From Patescibacteria group bacterium (GTDB lineage Bacteria; Patescibacteriota; Minisyncoccia; Phycocordibacterales; JAKAEA01): a stretch of DNA of 64,000 bases. Below the pieces are notes generated by a model that saw only the letters and a list, made by a program, of their open reading frames with translations, was not told where the DNA came from and made no database searches. Made by a program: the position numbers and the translations under genes. Below, piece after piece: positions 9,881 to 19,808 of the stretch; the stretch's first letter is position 1; each line of letters begins with the position of its first letter. Where the stretch lies: contig JAZKCY010000001.1 of the NCBI GenBank assembly GCA_040387855.1, forward strand, positions 846,922 to 910,921, written 5' to 3'.

Positions 9881-12265
9881 TTACTTCTTTAGATCTCTTC
9901 TAAGAGAATATACAGCAGCTCCTAAAGCCAGTAGAGAAAGAATATACCCTATAATTAATGATAAAGGCTTAGCAAACGTTATTGTTGCTGAGTCTTTTAT
10001 GTATGTAAGTGTATATACAGGACTAGCCATGTAGGTTGATTCCCCATCCGTTCTTTTCCAAGCTGGAAAATATGTGGATGTAATAAGAACTGGTACTGCC
10101 TGCGGTGTAGATGAGGCAAATTTTACCTCTATTTTTGAATCAGTAATTAAATAAGAATCAATTGTAGGAATGTTTTTAATTGGTTGTTGAGTCTCTTTAA
10201 GAAATTCAAATATAAACCCCATAGCGGTTCGGATTACCTTTTGATCTCCATCTCGGGTTATTTGCTCTGCTACAAACCTTACATTCTTAGAACCTCTTAG
10301 TTTCTTTTCTAACCCAACAAATAATTCACTTTTATCTTGAATGAGTACTAGCGGATGTGTCTTAGCAAACTCAGTGATGCGAGCTAAAGCTTTATCATAA
10401 TTTTTATATGTATAATCTACGATAATAGCACTCTTAAAACGATCTAAATCAGGTGTAGTATCAAGATATTGGTCTTCCCCACGTGCTAAGACCATCGTAG
10501 GATCTGCTCGAAGGAACAATTCTTCCTGAAATCTGACAAAATCAAATGTAGTCGTGGTTCTCTTTTTAAAATCTGCTGGTGCAAATACAATTGTTGGCTC
10601 ATATTCCAAAGCGTGTACTTCTTTACGTACTGGATCCTTTAGATGATATATTCTCCAATGACCAAAATCTTTTTCAAGCTCCATATGAGGATCCTTTTCC
10701 ATCTGAGCTTTCATTTGTCCTGAAGAAACAATAAAGAAATTGATACCAAGTATTTGTGCACGAACTGCATCTTTATCGAATCCTTGGTTACGAAATACAG
10801 AATTTGATCTGAGATATGCATCTACCGACATTCGTTCATCTCGAGTCGAATATGCGCCTCGTACAGGCACCATAAATGGTGATTGAATAGCTGATTCTAC
10901 AAGAATATTGTAAGTACTTTTCATAGAGTCCCCTGCTTTGCGTGATATTACATATTCTAATGCACGGGCACCAGATGTAACTTCCACATTAAAGGTCCCC
11001 TTCTTATCTTTTAAATAGTCAGCTATGTCTTCTGCTCGGTCACGATTATAGCCAAAATAAAAATCGGAAATTTTATTGCTATTCATAATTGGAACCCAAG
11101 CCAAGATAAATGGGGTTGAAAATATAAGCGTGAAAAACACTTTATAAAATATACTTGGAAGGTAAAATATTATTCTATAGAGACAATAGCCCACACATAT
11201 CGCACTCAACATATAAAAGCATGGCAAGGCCCGGTAAATGTGTATTGGAAATCGTGGAAACAACCGTTCTACATGGAATGCAACTGGAATAAATAGAAGC
11301 AATGACGAAATACTCAATACAAGTATAGGCATATGTCTTTTCCGATATGCAAGAAGGCCGGCACCTACAGTAAATACAACAAGATGTGACCATCTCAACA
11401 AAAATAATCCTATTCCTGATGCACCAGGGCCAGTATCAATTCCCAGTGATCTACCCGCCATATTTCCAAAATATGCGAGCATTGGTAAATACCAAAACAA
11501 GGAAGCACCCAGTGGCAGTGCACCTAAAGCAAAAAATCGAACAAGTCTTTTGGTAAGATGCGGGTCTTGTAACCATTTTTTCGGATGAGTGAAAGCTCGA
11601 CGCTCAAGTGCTACAAACTGAACGATATAGACAACAAGAGCTACCGGTAACACATGAACACTAGCAAGCAATGTGAAAAACAATGCAACTATCGAAAGAT
11701 AATAGTCTCGTATCGATTTAGTGGCATTTAAAAAGAAATAGAGCCATATAATGAGACATATGAAACCAAACAAGTGCGGGGCTAATCCAACATGAAAAGT
11801 TCCCTGAAGTGTTACCCCCATATTTCCGTATTTGGGATAAAACATTGAAAGTAATACTGCTGCAGTAGCAACTGTAGAAGAAGCAGCCCATATATTCTTG
11901 GTATATTTATATAATATAAATCCTAATAATCCAGGGATTGCTAATGTTGATACTAAAATACATAGTTTGAATACTGCGGCATAACTAAGCGGCAGAAGCA
12001 TATATACAAAAGCTGCCACAAAATAAAACATTGGAGGATAAAACTGAGGAAATGGCATCCCATCAAACCATTTTTGTGTCCATCCCCAGGTACTTGGGAA
12101 TATATTCTTTGCATAATATTCACCTATAGCAACGTGCCCATACGAATCATTACCAGAAGGCACAGGAACGCGAATATATGTTACGAATAATTGAAAATTA
12201 AGAAAAAATAAAAGGATTGCACCTCCAATGAGTAATGAAGCGTATAGTATTATTGTCTTTTTCAC
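9881..12265 (-). CDS. Large polytopic membrane protein with a C-terminal extracytoplasmic domain; GT-C-fold glycosyltransferase-like, family unassigned
   Basis: 794 aa with about 13 predicted TM helices in the first roughly 400 residues, then a roughly 390-aa soluble domain. No WWDYG motif was seen, so it is not a confident STT3/PglB call. Its position beside pilins and glycosyltransferases suggests a role in glycan transfer or polymerisation. Confidence 0.45.
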   Translation of the reverse strand: MKKTIILYASLLIGGAILLFFLNFQLFVTYIRVPVPSGNDSYGHVAIGEYYAKNIFPSTWGWTQKWFDGMPFPQFYPPMFYFVAAFVYMLLPLSYAAVFKLCILVSTLAIPGLLGFILYKYTKNIWAASSTVATAAVLLSMFYPKYGNMGVTLQGTFHVGLAPHLFGFICLIIWLYFFLNATKSIRDYYLSIVALFFTLLASVHVLPVALVVYIVQFVALERRAFTHPKKWLQDPHLTKRLVRFFALGALPLGASLFWYLPMLAYFGNMAGRSLGIDTGPGASGIGLFLLRWSHLVVFTVGAGLLAYRKRHMPILVLSISSLLLFIPVAFHVERLFPRFPIHIYRALPCFYMLSAICVGYCLYRIIFYLPSIFYKVFFTLIFSTPFILAWVPIMNSNKISDFYFGYNRDRAEDIADYLKDKKGTFNVEVTSGARALEYVISRKAGDSMKSTYNILVESAIQSPFMVPVRGAYSTRDERMSVDAYLRSNSVFRNQGFDKDAVRAQILGINFFIVSSGQMKAQMEKDPHMELEKDFGHWRIYHLKDPVRKEVHALEYEPTIVFAPADFKKRTTTTFDFVRFQEELFLRADPTMVLARGEDQYLDTTPDLDRFKSAIIVDYTYKNYDKALARITEFAKTHPLVLIQDKSELFVGLEKKLRGSKNVRFVAEQITRDGDQKVIRTAMGFIFEFLKETQQPIKNIPTIDSYLITDSKIEVKFASSTPQAVPVLITSTYFPAWKRTDGESTYMASPVYTLTYIKDSATITFAKPLSLIIGYILSLLALGAAVYSLRRDLKK

Positions 12266-12337
12266 ATCCTAAAGTGTATCAAGAAATTATCGATGAGCAT
12301 ATGGCAACATATGGTATAGTAGCGATTATAGAATTAT

Positions 12338-13474
12338 ATGAGCCAAAAGAAGATTCTTTTTATAATAACAAAATCAAATTGGGGCGGTGCGCAACGCTAT
12401 GTTTTTGATCTTGCGACTAGACTTTCCCCTACTGATTTCGATGTCTCTGTCCTTTTTGGAGGTCATGGGGTTCTTGCTGATAAACTAGTTGAGAAAAAAG
12501 TTCGAACACTTTCATTTGAAAAAATGTGGCGAGATATCAACTTTATTGAAGATGTTAAGGCATTCTTTAAATTGGTTTCTCTACTACGAGCAGAACGTCC
12601 AGACATAGTTCACCTTAATAGTTCTAAGATTGGTGGTCTTGGAGCTCTCGCAGCGCGAATTGCTGGTATTCCAAAAATCATTTTTACTGTTCACGGTTTT
12701 GCATTTAATGAAGACCGACCTCAGTGGCAAAAATTAGTAATAAAATGCATAAGTTGGATAACAATGTTTTTATGCACAGATGTAATTTTTATTTCAAAAA
12801 CCGAACATGCCCAAATAGCGAAATGGCCGCTTGTGTCTCATAAAGGCAAGATTATCTACAATGGTATAGAGACACCTGAATTTTATGATCGCACCACAGC
12901 TCGATCACTGATGGCATCTACACTTGCGATCTCTCAAGACACACTTGATGGTAAACCAGTTGTACTTACCATTGCTGAACTAACCCATAATAAAGGGCTT
13001 ATCTATGCACTTGAAGCTATGCGTGATCTTCCCGAGCATATCTACATTATTATTGGCGGTGGAGAGTGCGAGCAAGCGTTTAGAGCCTATATTCACGAGC
13101 ATACTCTTGAAAACAGAGTGTTTCTAGCAGGCTTTGTAAAAAACGCGGCACAGTATTTACACGCAGCTGATATCTTTCTTTTACCATCAATTAAAGAAGG
13201 TCTTCCCTATGTGCTTATTGAAGCAGGCTTTGCAGAATTACCAACAGTAGCTACGTATATTGGAGGTATTGCTGAAATTATTGAGGATCAAAAAACAGGC
13301 ACACTCATACAGCACCGATCTGCATCTGAAATAGTACACGCGCTTAAGACATATAGTGAAAACCCCGTAAAAGCTCGAGAGCACGGATCTGCCCTTTTAC
13401 ATAAAGTACAAAGTGAATTTAGTAGTTCAAAAATGATCGAACAAACATCAGCGCTCTATCTCCAAAAATCTTAA
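12338..13474 (+). CDS. Glycosyltransferase family 4 (GT-B fold)
   Basis: N-terminal NWGGAQRYV-type motif and a C-terminal EGLPYVLIEAGFAELPTVATYIGGIAEII (E-x7-E GT4 signature). Confidence 0.8.
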   Translation: MSQKKILFIITKSNWGGAQRYVFDLATRLSPTDFDVSVLFGGHGVLADKLVEKKVRTLSFEKMWRDINFIEDVKAFFKLVSLLRAERPDIVHLNSSKIGGLGALAARIAGIPKIIFTVHGFAFNEDRPQWQKLVIKCISWITMFLCTDVIFISKTEHAQIAKWPLVSHKGKIIYNGIETPEFYDRTTARSLMASTLAISQDTLDGKPVVLTIAELTHNKGLIYALEAMRDLPEHIYIIIGGGECEQAFRAYIHEHTLENRVFLAGFVKNAAQYLHAADIFLLPSIKEGLPYVLIEAGFAELPTVATYIGGIAEIIEDQKTGTLIQHRSASEIVHALKTYSENPVKAREHGSALLHKVQSEFSSSKMIEQTSALYLQKS

Positions 13475-14168
13475 TCGGTGTAATCAGACCTTCTTTAATT
13501 ATCTTTCCAGACATTTTTGATTGACCAACTTTTCGTTCACTAAACATAATAGGTAATTCTATATGCTTTGCATGTTGTTTTACGCATCTATATTTAAATT
13601 CAATTTGATATGAATATCCAGCAGAAGCAATAGAACCAATATCTATCTTTTTTGCAATATCAGTAGAAATACATATAAAACCAGCTGTTAAGTCTTTAAT
13701 TCCAATAAGGCACAATGCTCGGACATACACATTCCCCCACTTACTAAGCATTTTTCGCCGCCAATTCCAGTTGGATATACCGCCATGACGCACATACCGA
13801 GATCCGACAACAAGATCATGCGTAAAAGCCTTTTCAAATATATCTTTTATATACATTGGATGATGTGAGCCATCTGCATCCATCGTAATTATTTTTTGTA
13901 TATGAGGTCGTTGCAAGATTATCTGATATGCAGCTTTATAAGCATTTCCTAGACCATCTTTTGCTGAGCGATTTAATAATTCTATAGTTGGATATTTTAT
14001 TTTCAGTGCAGTAACTACATCTCTGGTACCATCGGGTGAATTGTCATCTACGACAAATATAGATATTCCTGGATGTCGCGATAAAATATCTTCCACTAGG
14101 GGTTTAATATTTTCTCGCTCATTATACGTAGGTATAATTATTGTAGTTTTAGATTCCCAAGAATTCAT
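13419..14168 (-). CDS. GT2 glycosyltransferase, polyprenol-phosphate mannose/glucose synthase (DPM1-like)
   Basis: IIIPTYNERENI...FVVDDNSPDGT...ITMDADGSHHP motifs typical of Dpm1/GtrB-like GT2 enzymes. It overlaps the upstream convergent gene by about 56 nt. Confidence 0.8.
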   Translation of the reverse strand: MNSWESKTTIIIPTYNERENIKPLVEDILSRHPGISIFVVDDNSPDGTRDVVTALKIKYPTIELLNRSAKDGLGNAYKAAYQIILQRPHIQKIITMDADGSHHPMYIKDIFEKAFTHDLVVGSRYVRHGGISNWNWRRKMLSKWGNVYVRALCLIGIKDLTAGFICISTDIAKKIDIGSIASAGYSYQIEFKYRCVKQHAKHIELPIMFSERKVGQSKMSGKIIKEGLITPIKIFGDRALMFVRSFLNY

Positions 14169-15312
14169 TTTTTATAACATCGCGGTGAGCAGCACGACGA
14201 TGACGGCGCATACTCATTAATATTCCGAGAGCCAAGAACTCCGTTACCAAGTGCGATCCTCCATAACTCATAAAAGGCACCGTAACTCCTGTCACGGGAA
14301 GTAACCCAATATTCATTCCTATATTTACAATAATATGAGTCATAAATAGTATGGCTATACCCATTCCATACAAAATTTCAAAATTTGAGGCACCATACAT
14401 ACTGTTGTAAAGTATCCGCCAAATTACTATTCCATACAAGATAAACAAAATGACAACTCCTATAAAACCCCATTCTTCAGCAAATGCAGCAAAAATAAAG
14501 TCTGTTTGATACTCTGGTAGAAAGCTCAGTTTTGATTGTGTTCCATACCCAATTCCTTTTCCAAGCATTTGGCCTGAACCTACTGCTATTGTTGATTGAT
14601 AGGCGTTATATCCAGCCCCATGAATATCTGCTAATGGATGGATAAACGTCATAATACGAGCTTTTTGATAATCTTTAAAGACATACATCCATAGACCAGC
14701 AAATGATACCGCTCCAATGAGAAGCACTGCAATAACATGTCGTTTGGAAATTCCAGAAACGAATACCATACCAAACCATATAAAGAATACGATGATAGCT
14801 CCTCCGAAATCGGGCTGTGCAATGATCAATAAGAATATAACCATTGAGTACAATCCAGAAACTAAAATATGTCGAATGTTTCTGATCTCTATATGCCGTC
14901 GAGAAAAATATTTAGAAAGTAAAAGAATTAGAAAAATTTGAGCTACATCTGAAGGTTGTAATGAAACAAAACCCAAACGAAACCAACTTTGTGCTCCTTT
15001 TGCTACATGCCCCACAACAAACAGCAAGGTCAGCATACAACAAGCAAATAGAAATAACGCCACAATGACATTGGTACGTTTAAGAAAACTCAAATCAAGA
15101 TAACTTACAACAAAAAAGATAACTAGCGCTACAGGAATAAATACTAATTGTTTGTAAAACAATGTACTATCACCTGAAAATGAATTCATCGTTACTAATC
15201 CAGCACCAAGTATTGGTAGGGTTGCACCAAGAAGTATCCAATCGATAGTCCCCTTGGCTCCATATGTTTTTTTCTTTAATCCTTTAAATAGCCCCAAAAC
15301 TAAATCTATCAT
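14149..15312 (-). CDS. SEDS-family protein (RodA/FtsW/SpoVE) peptidoglycan glycosyltransferase
   Basis: Multi-TM protein with the conserved ...GSGQMLGKGIGYGTQSKLSFLPEYQTDFIFAAFAEEWGFIG... block that is diagnostic of the SEDS family. Confidence 0.85.
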   Translation of the reverse strand: MIDLVLGLFKGLKKKTYGAKGTIDWILLGATLPILGAGLVTMNSFSGDSTLFYKQLVFIPVALVIFFVVSYLDLSFLKRTNVIVALFLFACCMLTLLFVVGHVAKGAQSWFRLGFVSLQPSDVAQIFLILLLSKYFSRRHIEIRNIRHILVSGLYSMVIFLLIIAQPDFGGAIIVFFIWFGMVFVSGISKRHVIAVLLIGAVSFAGLWMYVFKDYQKARIMTFIHPLADIHGAGYNAYQSTIAVGSGQMLGKGIGYGTQSKLSFLPEYQTDFIFAAFAEEWGFIGVVILFILYGIVIWRILYNSMYGASNFEILYGMGIAILFMTHIIVNIGMNIGLLPVTGVTVPFMSYGGSHLVTEFLALGILMSMRRHRRAAHRDVIKNEFLGI

Positions 15313-16061
15313 CGAGGTAGTGCAATAATTTCAATACGTGATACTTCCTTAACAAATGATCGAGGCCATGTAAAAACGATAGGTTTTGATGTTTGACGAT
15401 ATAATTGATCAACAAGTGTGCGAGATACAGCAAATGCATTACCGTCTGTGCCATATACAACAGCAAACACAATCACCTCACTAATATCTTTATAGGTTGG
15501 ATTACTAAGATCTGCAGTAATTACTGGCCCTGTAGGTGTTTGGGTCAAAAGCTGATTTTCAATTAGTGGTTCAGGACGATCCTGAGGTGCACGCTGCCAT
15601 GAAAACGTTGTGCCTATATCAATAAACGTCCGGGCTGGTACCTTGTCCCCCATATCAAGTCCTGCTTCCATAATGAGAAAGCTTTTTCGAGGAGGAACAT
15701 ATGCGACACCTTTCTTTTCAAGTATTAACGTATTATCAATATCATAAATACTAAATGTATATGGAACATTGAAGGCTTCTGCTTCTAAATTGGGATTATG
15801 CACATATGCAGCAGCAGTATACATAGTCTCAGTTACTTTAAAGGTCTGTTGCCACTGTACTTGTGGATTATTCTCTGCAGGCTTACACAACAACACGCAT
15901 GGACCACCACAGTCTATCCCCTGTTCACCTTGATTTTGCTTTCTGTCTTTACAGCTAGGTTTTTTATATAAAACTGCAAATGCTGGGAGACCAATAAACA
16001 CTATAAGAACCAGTAAAAAACCGCCACTATACCACAGCTTTCGTTTAGATGCCCAATCCAT
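15309..16061 (-). CDS. Hypothetical membrane-anchored protein (250 aa)
   Basis: N-terminal TM helix then a soluble domain with a CxxC/CGGPC cluster. Its stop overlaps the SEDS gene start (ATGA, 4-nt overlap). Confidence 0.5.
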   Translation of the reverse strand: MDWASKRKLWYSGGFLLVLIVFIGLPAFAVLYKKPSCKDRKQNQGEQGIDCGGPCVLLCKPAENNPQVQWQQTFKVTETMYTAAAYVHNPNLEAEAFNVPYTFSIYDIDNTLILEKKGVAYVPPRKSFLIMEAGLDMGDKVPARTFIDIGTTFSWQRAPQDRPEPLIENQLLTQTPTGPVITADLSNPTYKDISEVIVFAVVYGTDGNAFAVSRTLVDQLYRQTSKPIVFTWPRSFVKEVSRIEIIALPR

Positions 16062-16103
16062 AATACGTACAGTATAGCAAAAAATACGCTATACTAAAAT
16101 GAC

Positions 16104-16943
16104 ATGAAACTGTATTACTGGAAGATGCAAGGCGGCAACTTTGGTGATGATTTAAACCCATTGGTATGGAATCATTATTTAAATAATCACCTAGATTCTG
16201 ATCCAAAAACCACGGTCTTAGGAATTGGTACACTTATAAATGACAAATTACTAGGGAGGATTCGAGAAGCTCATACAATACATGTTTTTGGGACTGGAGT
16301 TGGACTTGGAAACCATTTACAAGATTTACCATTTATTGATGATGCATGGAATGTACACTGGGTACGTGGTCCACTTTCAGCACAGGTATTAGGATTACCA
16401 CCATCAACGGCAGTTAGTGATGGAGCAATGCTTATAGGACAACTCTATAAACCTCAAGCTAACGTAAAAAAATATGCATGGTCATTTATGCCGCATGTGT
16501 ACCAAGCACGTAATGGAGATAAAGCTTGGAAACTGGTGTGTGAACGAGCTGGCATACACTACATAGACCCACGCTTACCAGTTACTACAATTTTAGAAAT
16601 GCTGTCGCAAACAGAAGTACTCATTGCAGAGGCAATGCATGGAGCTATTGTGGCAGATGCTTTACGTGTACCTTGGATACCAGTCACTTCAAGCGATAGG
16701 ATACTTTCTTTCAAATGGCAAGATTGGTGTGCATCACTTGATATTGCATATGCCCCACAAAAACTTTCTTACATTAGAAATCTTAATCGCTTTTTTTTCA
16801 AATCAAAGTTAAAAGAAACCGAAGCTGATTTTAAAAATATTAAACTGTCACCTACATATCTTAGTTCTACTACTAAATATAATGAAGTCATTCAAGAAAT
16901 GCTTCAACGTATAGAGCGTTTCAAGCAAAAAGTATATGAATAA
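16104..16943 (+). CDS. Polysaccharide pyruvyl transferase family protein (ExoV/CsaB-like)
   Basis: N-terminal GGNFGDDL motif characteristic of PF04230 pyruvyl transferases, in a glycosylation-locus context. Confidence 0.5.
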   Translation: MKLYYWKMQGGNFGDDLNPLVWNHYLNNHLDSDPKTTVLGIGTLINDKLLGRIREAHTIHVFGTGVGLGNHLQDLPFIDDAWNVHWVRGPLSAQVLGLPPSTAVSDGAMLIGQLYKPQANVKKYAWSFMPHVYQARNGDKAWKLVCERAGIHYIDPRLPVTTILEMLSQTEVLIAEAMHGAIVADALRVPWIPVTSSDRILSFKWQDWCASLDIAYAPQKLSYIRNLNRFFFKSKLKETEADFKNIKLSPTYLSSTTKYNEVIQEMLQRIERFKQKVYE

Positions 16944-17979
16944 AATCGATGTTCTAAGCCTTCCTAGGATGGATCATAACCCCTACCAAACACTTTTAGC
17001 TTCACATCTTGAGGTTGTGGGGGTACATACTCATGTAGTACGTAAAGGCATAGTAGCGTTTATATATGACATAGCCTTTGCTAAAGCTGATATTATTCAC
17101 ATTCATTTTACCCATTTTTTATTTCAAAATTCTAGTAATAAAAAACGCCCATTGATTATTGCCCTGTCTGCAGCTTTTGTATTCTTAGTACTTATACGAT
17201 ATAGAAAGCTACTGGGAGCGAAAATAATATACACATTTCATAATAATCTCAGTCATGAGCAATTTTATCCAAAAATAGAGCGTTTAGTACTACATAGGAT
17301 TCTCCATATGTCATCAAATATATTTGCACATTTTAATGAAGCTAGAGATTTTATTCACACATCATATTCTATTGATAGAGCAAAGATTTCAATAATTCCT
17401 CATGGGGATTACTCAGGATATTACAAAAACACAATGTCTTTTCAAGAAGCACGGAAACTATTAGATATCGATCCTAAAACCTATGTGTATTTATTTTTTG
17501 GAAATATTAGATCATACAAAGGTATACCCAAGCTTATTCATACATTCAAAAAACTACAACAAACTAATACTCTCCTTTATATTGTTGGCAACCCCGCAAA
17601 TTCAGAAATAAAACAGCTCATAGAGAAAGCCATAGAATCGCTCCCTACTATTCGTTGTGTATATGAATTTATTCCTAATGATACTGTACAGATCTATATG
17701 AATGCAGCGAATGTGATTGTACTTCCCTATCGTGATGTATTTACTTCAGGTATTGCTCACTTGGCATTAACTTTCAACAAACCTTTTATTGCGCCAAATA
17801 TCAATGCTCTCAAAGAATTTAAAGATACTGCTCTTCTCTATGATTCTGCAAATCCTCATGGATTATATGAAGCATTATGCGATGCTCCAAAATTCACTCA
17901 GGACTATACGAGAGCTTATACCCAAACAACCTGGGATAGTATTGCTAAACAGACAGCTACGGTATACTTAAAAACATAA
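16936..17979 (+). CDS. Glycosyltransferase, GT-B fold (group 1-like)
   Basis: 347 aa with a C-terminal ...FFGNIRSYKGIPKLI... and a glycosyltransferase-like second Rossmann domain. The family assignment is tentative. Confidence 0.45.
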   Translation: MNKIDVLSLPRMDHNPYQTLLASHLEVVGVHTHVVRKGIVAFIYDIAFAKADIIHIHFTHFLFQNSSNKKRPLIIALSAAFVFLVLIRYRKLLGAKIIYTFHNNLSHEQFYPKIERLVLHRILHMSSNIFAHFNEARDFIHTSYSIDRAKISIIPHGDYSGYYKNTMSFQEARKLLDIDPKTYVYLFFGNIRSYKGIPKLIHTFKKLQQTNTLLYIVGNPANSEIKQLIEKAIESLPTIRCVYEFIPNDTVQIYMNAANVIVLPYRDVFTSGIAHLALTFNKPFIAPNINALKEFKDTALLYDSANPHGLYEALCDAPKFTQDYTRAYTQTTWDSIAKQTATVYLKT

Positions 17980-17982
17980 ACC

Positions 17983-18873
17983 ATGAATACCCGACCGACC
18001 ACAACAGTACTTATTCCTGCATTCAATGAAGAAGCAAATATTCGACGTCTTATTCAGGATTGCCTAAAACAAGACGCAGATACATTTGATCTTCAGAAAA
18101 TTATTATTATCTCTGATGGTAGCTCTGATGCTACAGTCTCAGAAGCTCAATCAATACAGGATTCTCGAGTTACTATTTTTGCATATACTGACCGACTGGG
18201 AAAAGCGCAAAGGCTCAATACTATTTATAAAACTATCACAACAGATCTTATAATTAACTTAGATGCTGATGTGAGAATTACAGATACTGAAACTTTTAAA
18301 AATCTCATACACCGACATATGATAGATAATGCTGATGTCGTGTGTGGTATTTCGTTACCTCTAGAACCACAAACGTTTGTAGAACAAGCGGCATTTTTAG
18401 GATCAAGTATCTATGTACAAAGTAAATACAAACTTAAAGAGAAAATGGGTAAAAACTGTATAGATGGCAGAATATTTTCTTGCACTGCAAAATCAATAAA
18501 AAACATTGAAATTCCGGCAAATTCGGCTACAGATACGTACACATATTTTTATTTTAAGCTAAATAATAATAACGTTGTATTTGAACCAAAAGCGAGCGTA
18601 CTCTTTCGTTTGCCATCAACAATGAAAGATTATATTCGACAACACAAACGATATGAACGACCAAACTACCATCTCTATTTTGCTAAAGAGTTTTTAGAAA
18701 AAGAAGACATAAAACCAACTATACCGTGGACATTGTTGTTATTTAAAAAGGCTGTTGTGCATCCACTCAGAGCAACATGTCTTATTTTTATGCATTTTTA
18801 CTCTAAATATGCTTCAAAAAGCTATAAACGTGTTGCTGTATGGGAGCACATTTCAAGCTCAAAACGTGTATAA
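17983..18873 (+). CDS. GT2 family glycosyltransferase
   Basis: TVLIPAFNEEANI...IIIISDGSSDAT...NLDADV motifs, which are the GT2 DxD-type N-terminal domain. Confidence 0.7.
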   Translation: MNTRPTTTVLIPAFNEEANIRRLIQDCLKQDADTFDLQKIIIISDGSSDATVSEAQSIQDSRVTIFAYTDRLGKAQRLNTIYKTITTDLIINLDADVRITDTETFKNLIHRHMIDNADVVCGISLPLEPQTFVEQAAFLGSSIYVQSKYKLKEKMGKNCIDGRIFSCTAKSIKNIEIPANSATDTYTYFYFKLNNNNVVFEPKASVLFRLPSTMKDYIRQHKRYERPNYHLYFAKEFLEKEDIKPTIPWTLLLFKKAVVHPLRATCLIFMHFYSKYASKSYKRVAVWEHISSSKRV

Positions 18874-18908
18874 TAGAAAGTACTGAAAAACCTTATTGAG
18901 ATGAGATC

Positions 18909-19805
18909 ATGAATGATATTAAACCCCGTATATCTGTAGTCATCCCTATTTATAATGAAGAGTCTAGTATCCAATCGATTCTTAGAAGTATTTTACAGCA
19001 AAATACTTCAGATTTTATACTCCATGAAATACTTGTTTTATCTGATGGCAGCACTGATTCAAGTGTGTCTGAAGTTAGAAAAGTTAAAGATTCGCGAATA
19101 ACTCTTTACGACTATACTGATCAACAAGGACAAAATGCTCGACTAAATTTTGCATATAGTAAATGTAGTGGGACTATTATTATTACTCTTGATGGAGATA
19201 TTGAAATCAGTGATAGAAATTTATTTCAACACTTAGTTACCGCGCATAGCGTACATAAAGCTGATATTGTGTGTGGAAACCCAGTACCACTTGCGCCACG
19301 CAATTTCATTGAGAAAGTGGCTTTCTTTGGAGCAGATGTTGATCAATCAGTTAAAGCCAAGCTTGAAGATAAAGCTATGCGATACCGACTCATTGGTAGA
19401 ATCTTTTCTTGCACGAAAGAATCACTTAACGGATTAGTGATTCCGCTTGATGTATCAAATGATGTATATATCTACTATTATAGTAAGCTCAAAAATCGTA
19501 TCATTACATTTGAACCGAAAGCAGCTGTATATTTCAGACTTCCCTCAACACTTCATGATATTGTGCAGCAATACAAACGACACTTGCATACCAATCATCA
19601 TATATATTTTTCAAAAGAAGTAACTCAACGTGAAGATACCCGTACGTTACAACATATATACCCAATATTCTTTAAAAAATCACTGAGACATCCATTTTTA
19701 AGTATCGCATTTGTTTTGGTATATTTAAAAGCTGTCGTGTTAGCAAAAAGATATTTACGAACAGCAACATGGGAGTACATAGCAAGTACAAAAAACAACG
19801 CATAA
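18909..19805 (+). CDS. GT2 family glycosyltransferase (tandem paralog of 17983..18873)
   Basis: ISVVIPIYNEESSI...LVLSDGSTDSS...TLDGDI motifs. It is co-linear with the preceding ORF over its full length. Confidence 0.7.
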   Translation: MNDIKPRISVVIPIYNEESSIQSILRSILQQNTSDFILHEILVLSDGSTDSSVSEVRKVKDSRITLYDYTDQQGQNARLNFAYSKCSGTIIITLDGDIEISDRNLFQHLVTAHSVHKADIVCGNPVPLAPRNFIEKVAFFGADVDQSVKAKLEDKAMRYRLIGRIFSCTKESLNGLVIPLDVSNDVYIYYYSKLKNRIITFEPKAAVYFRLPSTLHDIVQQYKRHLHTNHHIYFSKEVTQREDTRTLQHIYPIFFKKSLRHPFLSIAFVLVYLKAVVLAKRYLRTATWEYIASTKNNA

Positions 19806-19808
19806 CAT

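Noticed and set aside
15284-15472. Small ORFs nested antisense or out-of-frame in confident genes (e.g. 15284..15472, 14717..14941, 5939..6373, 11175..11588, 2516..3484, 45144..45371, 49490..49852, 56493..57693)
   Set aside because: They are embedded within longer ORFs that have recognisable family motifs. They are low-complexity or Leu/Ile/Phe-rich translations typical of AT-rich antisense frames.
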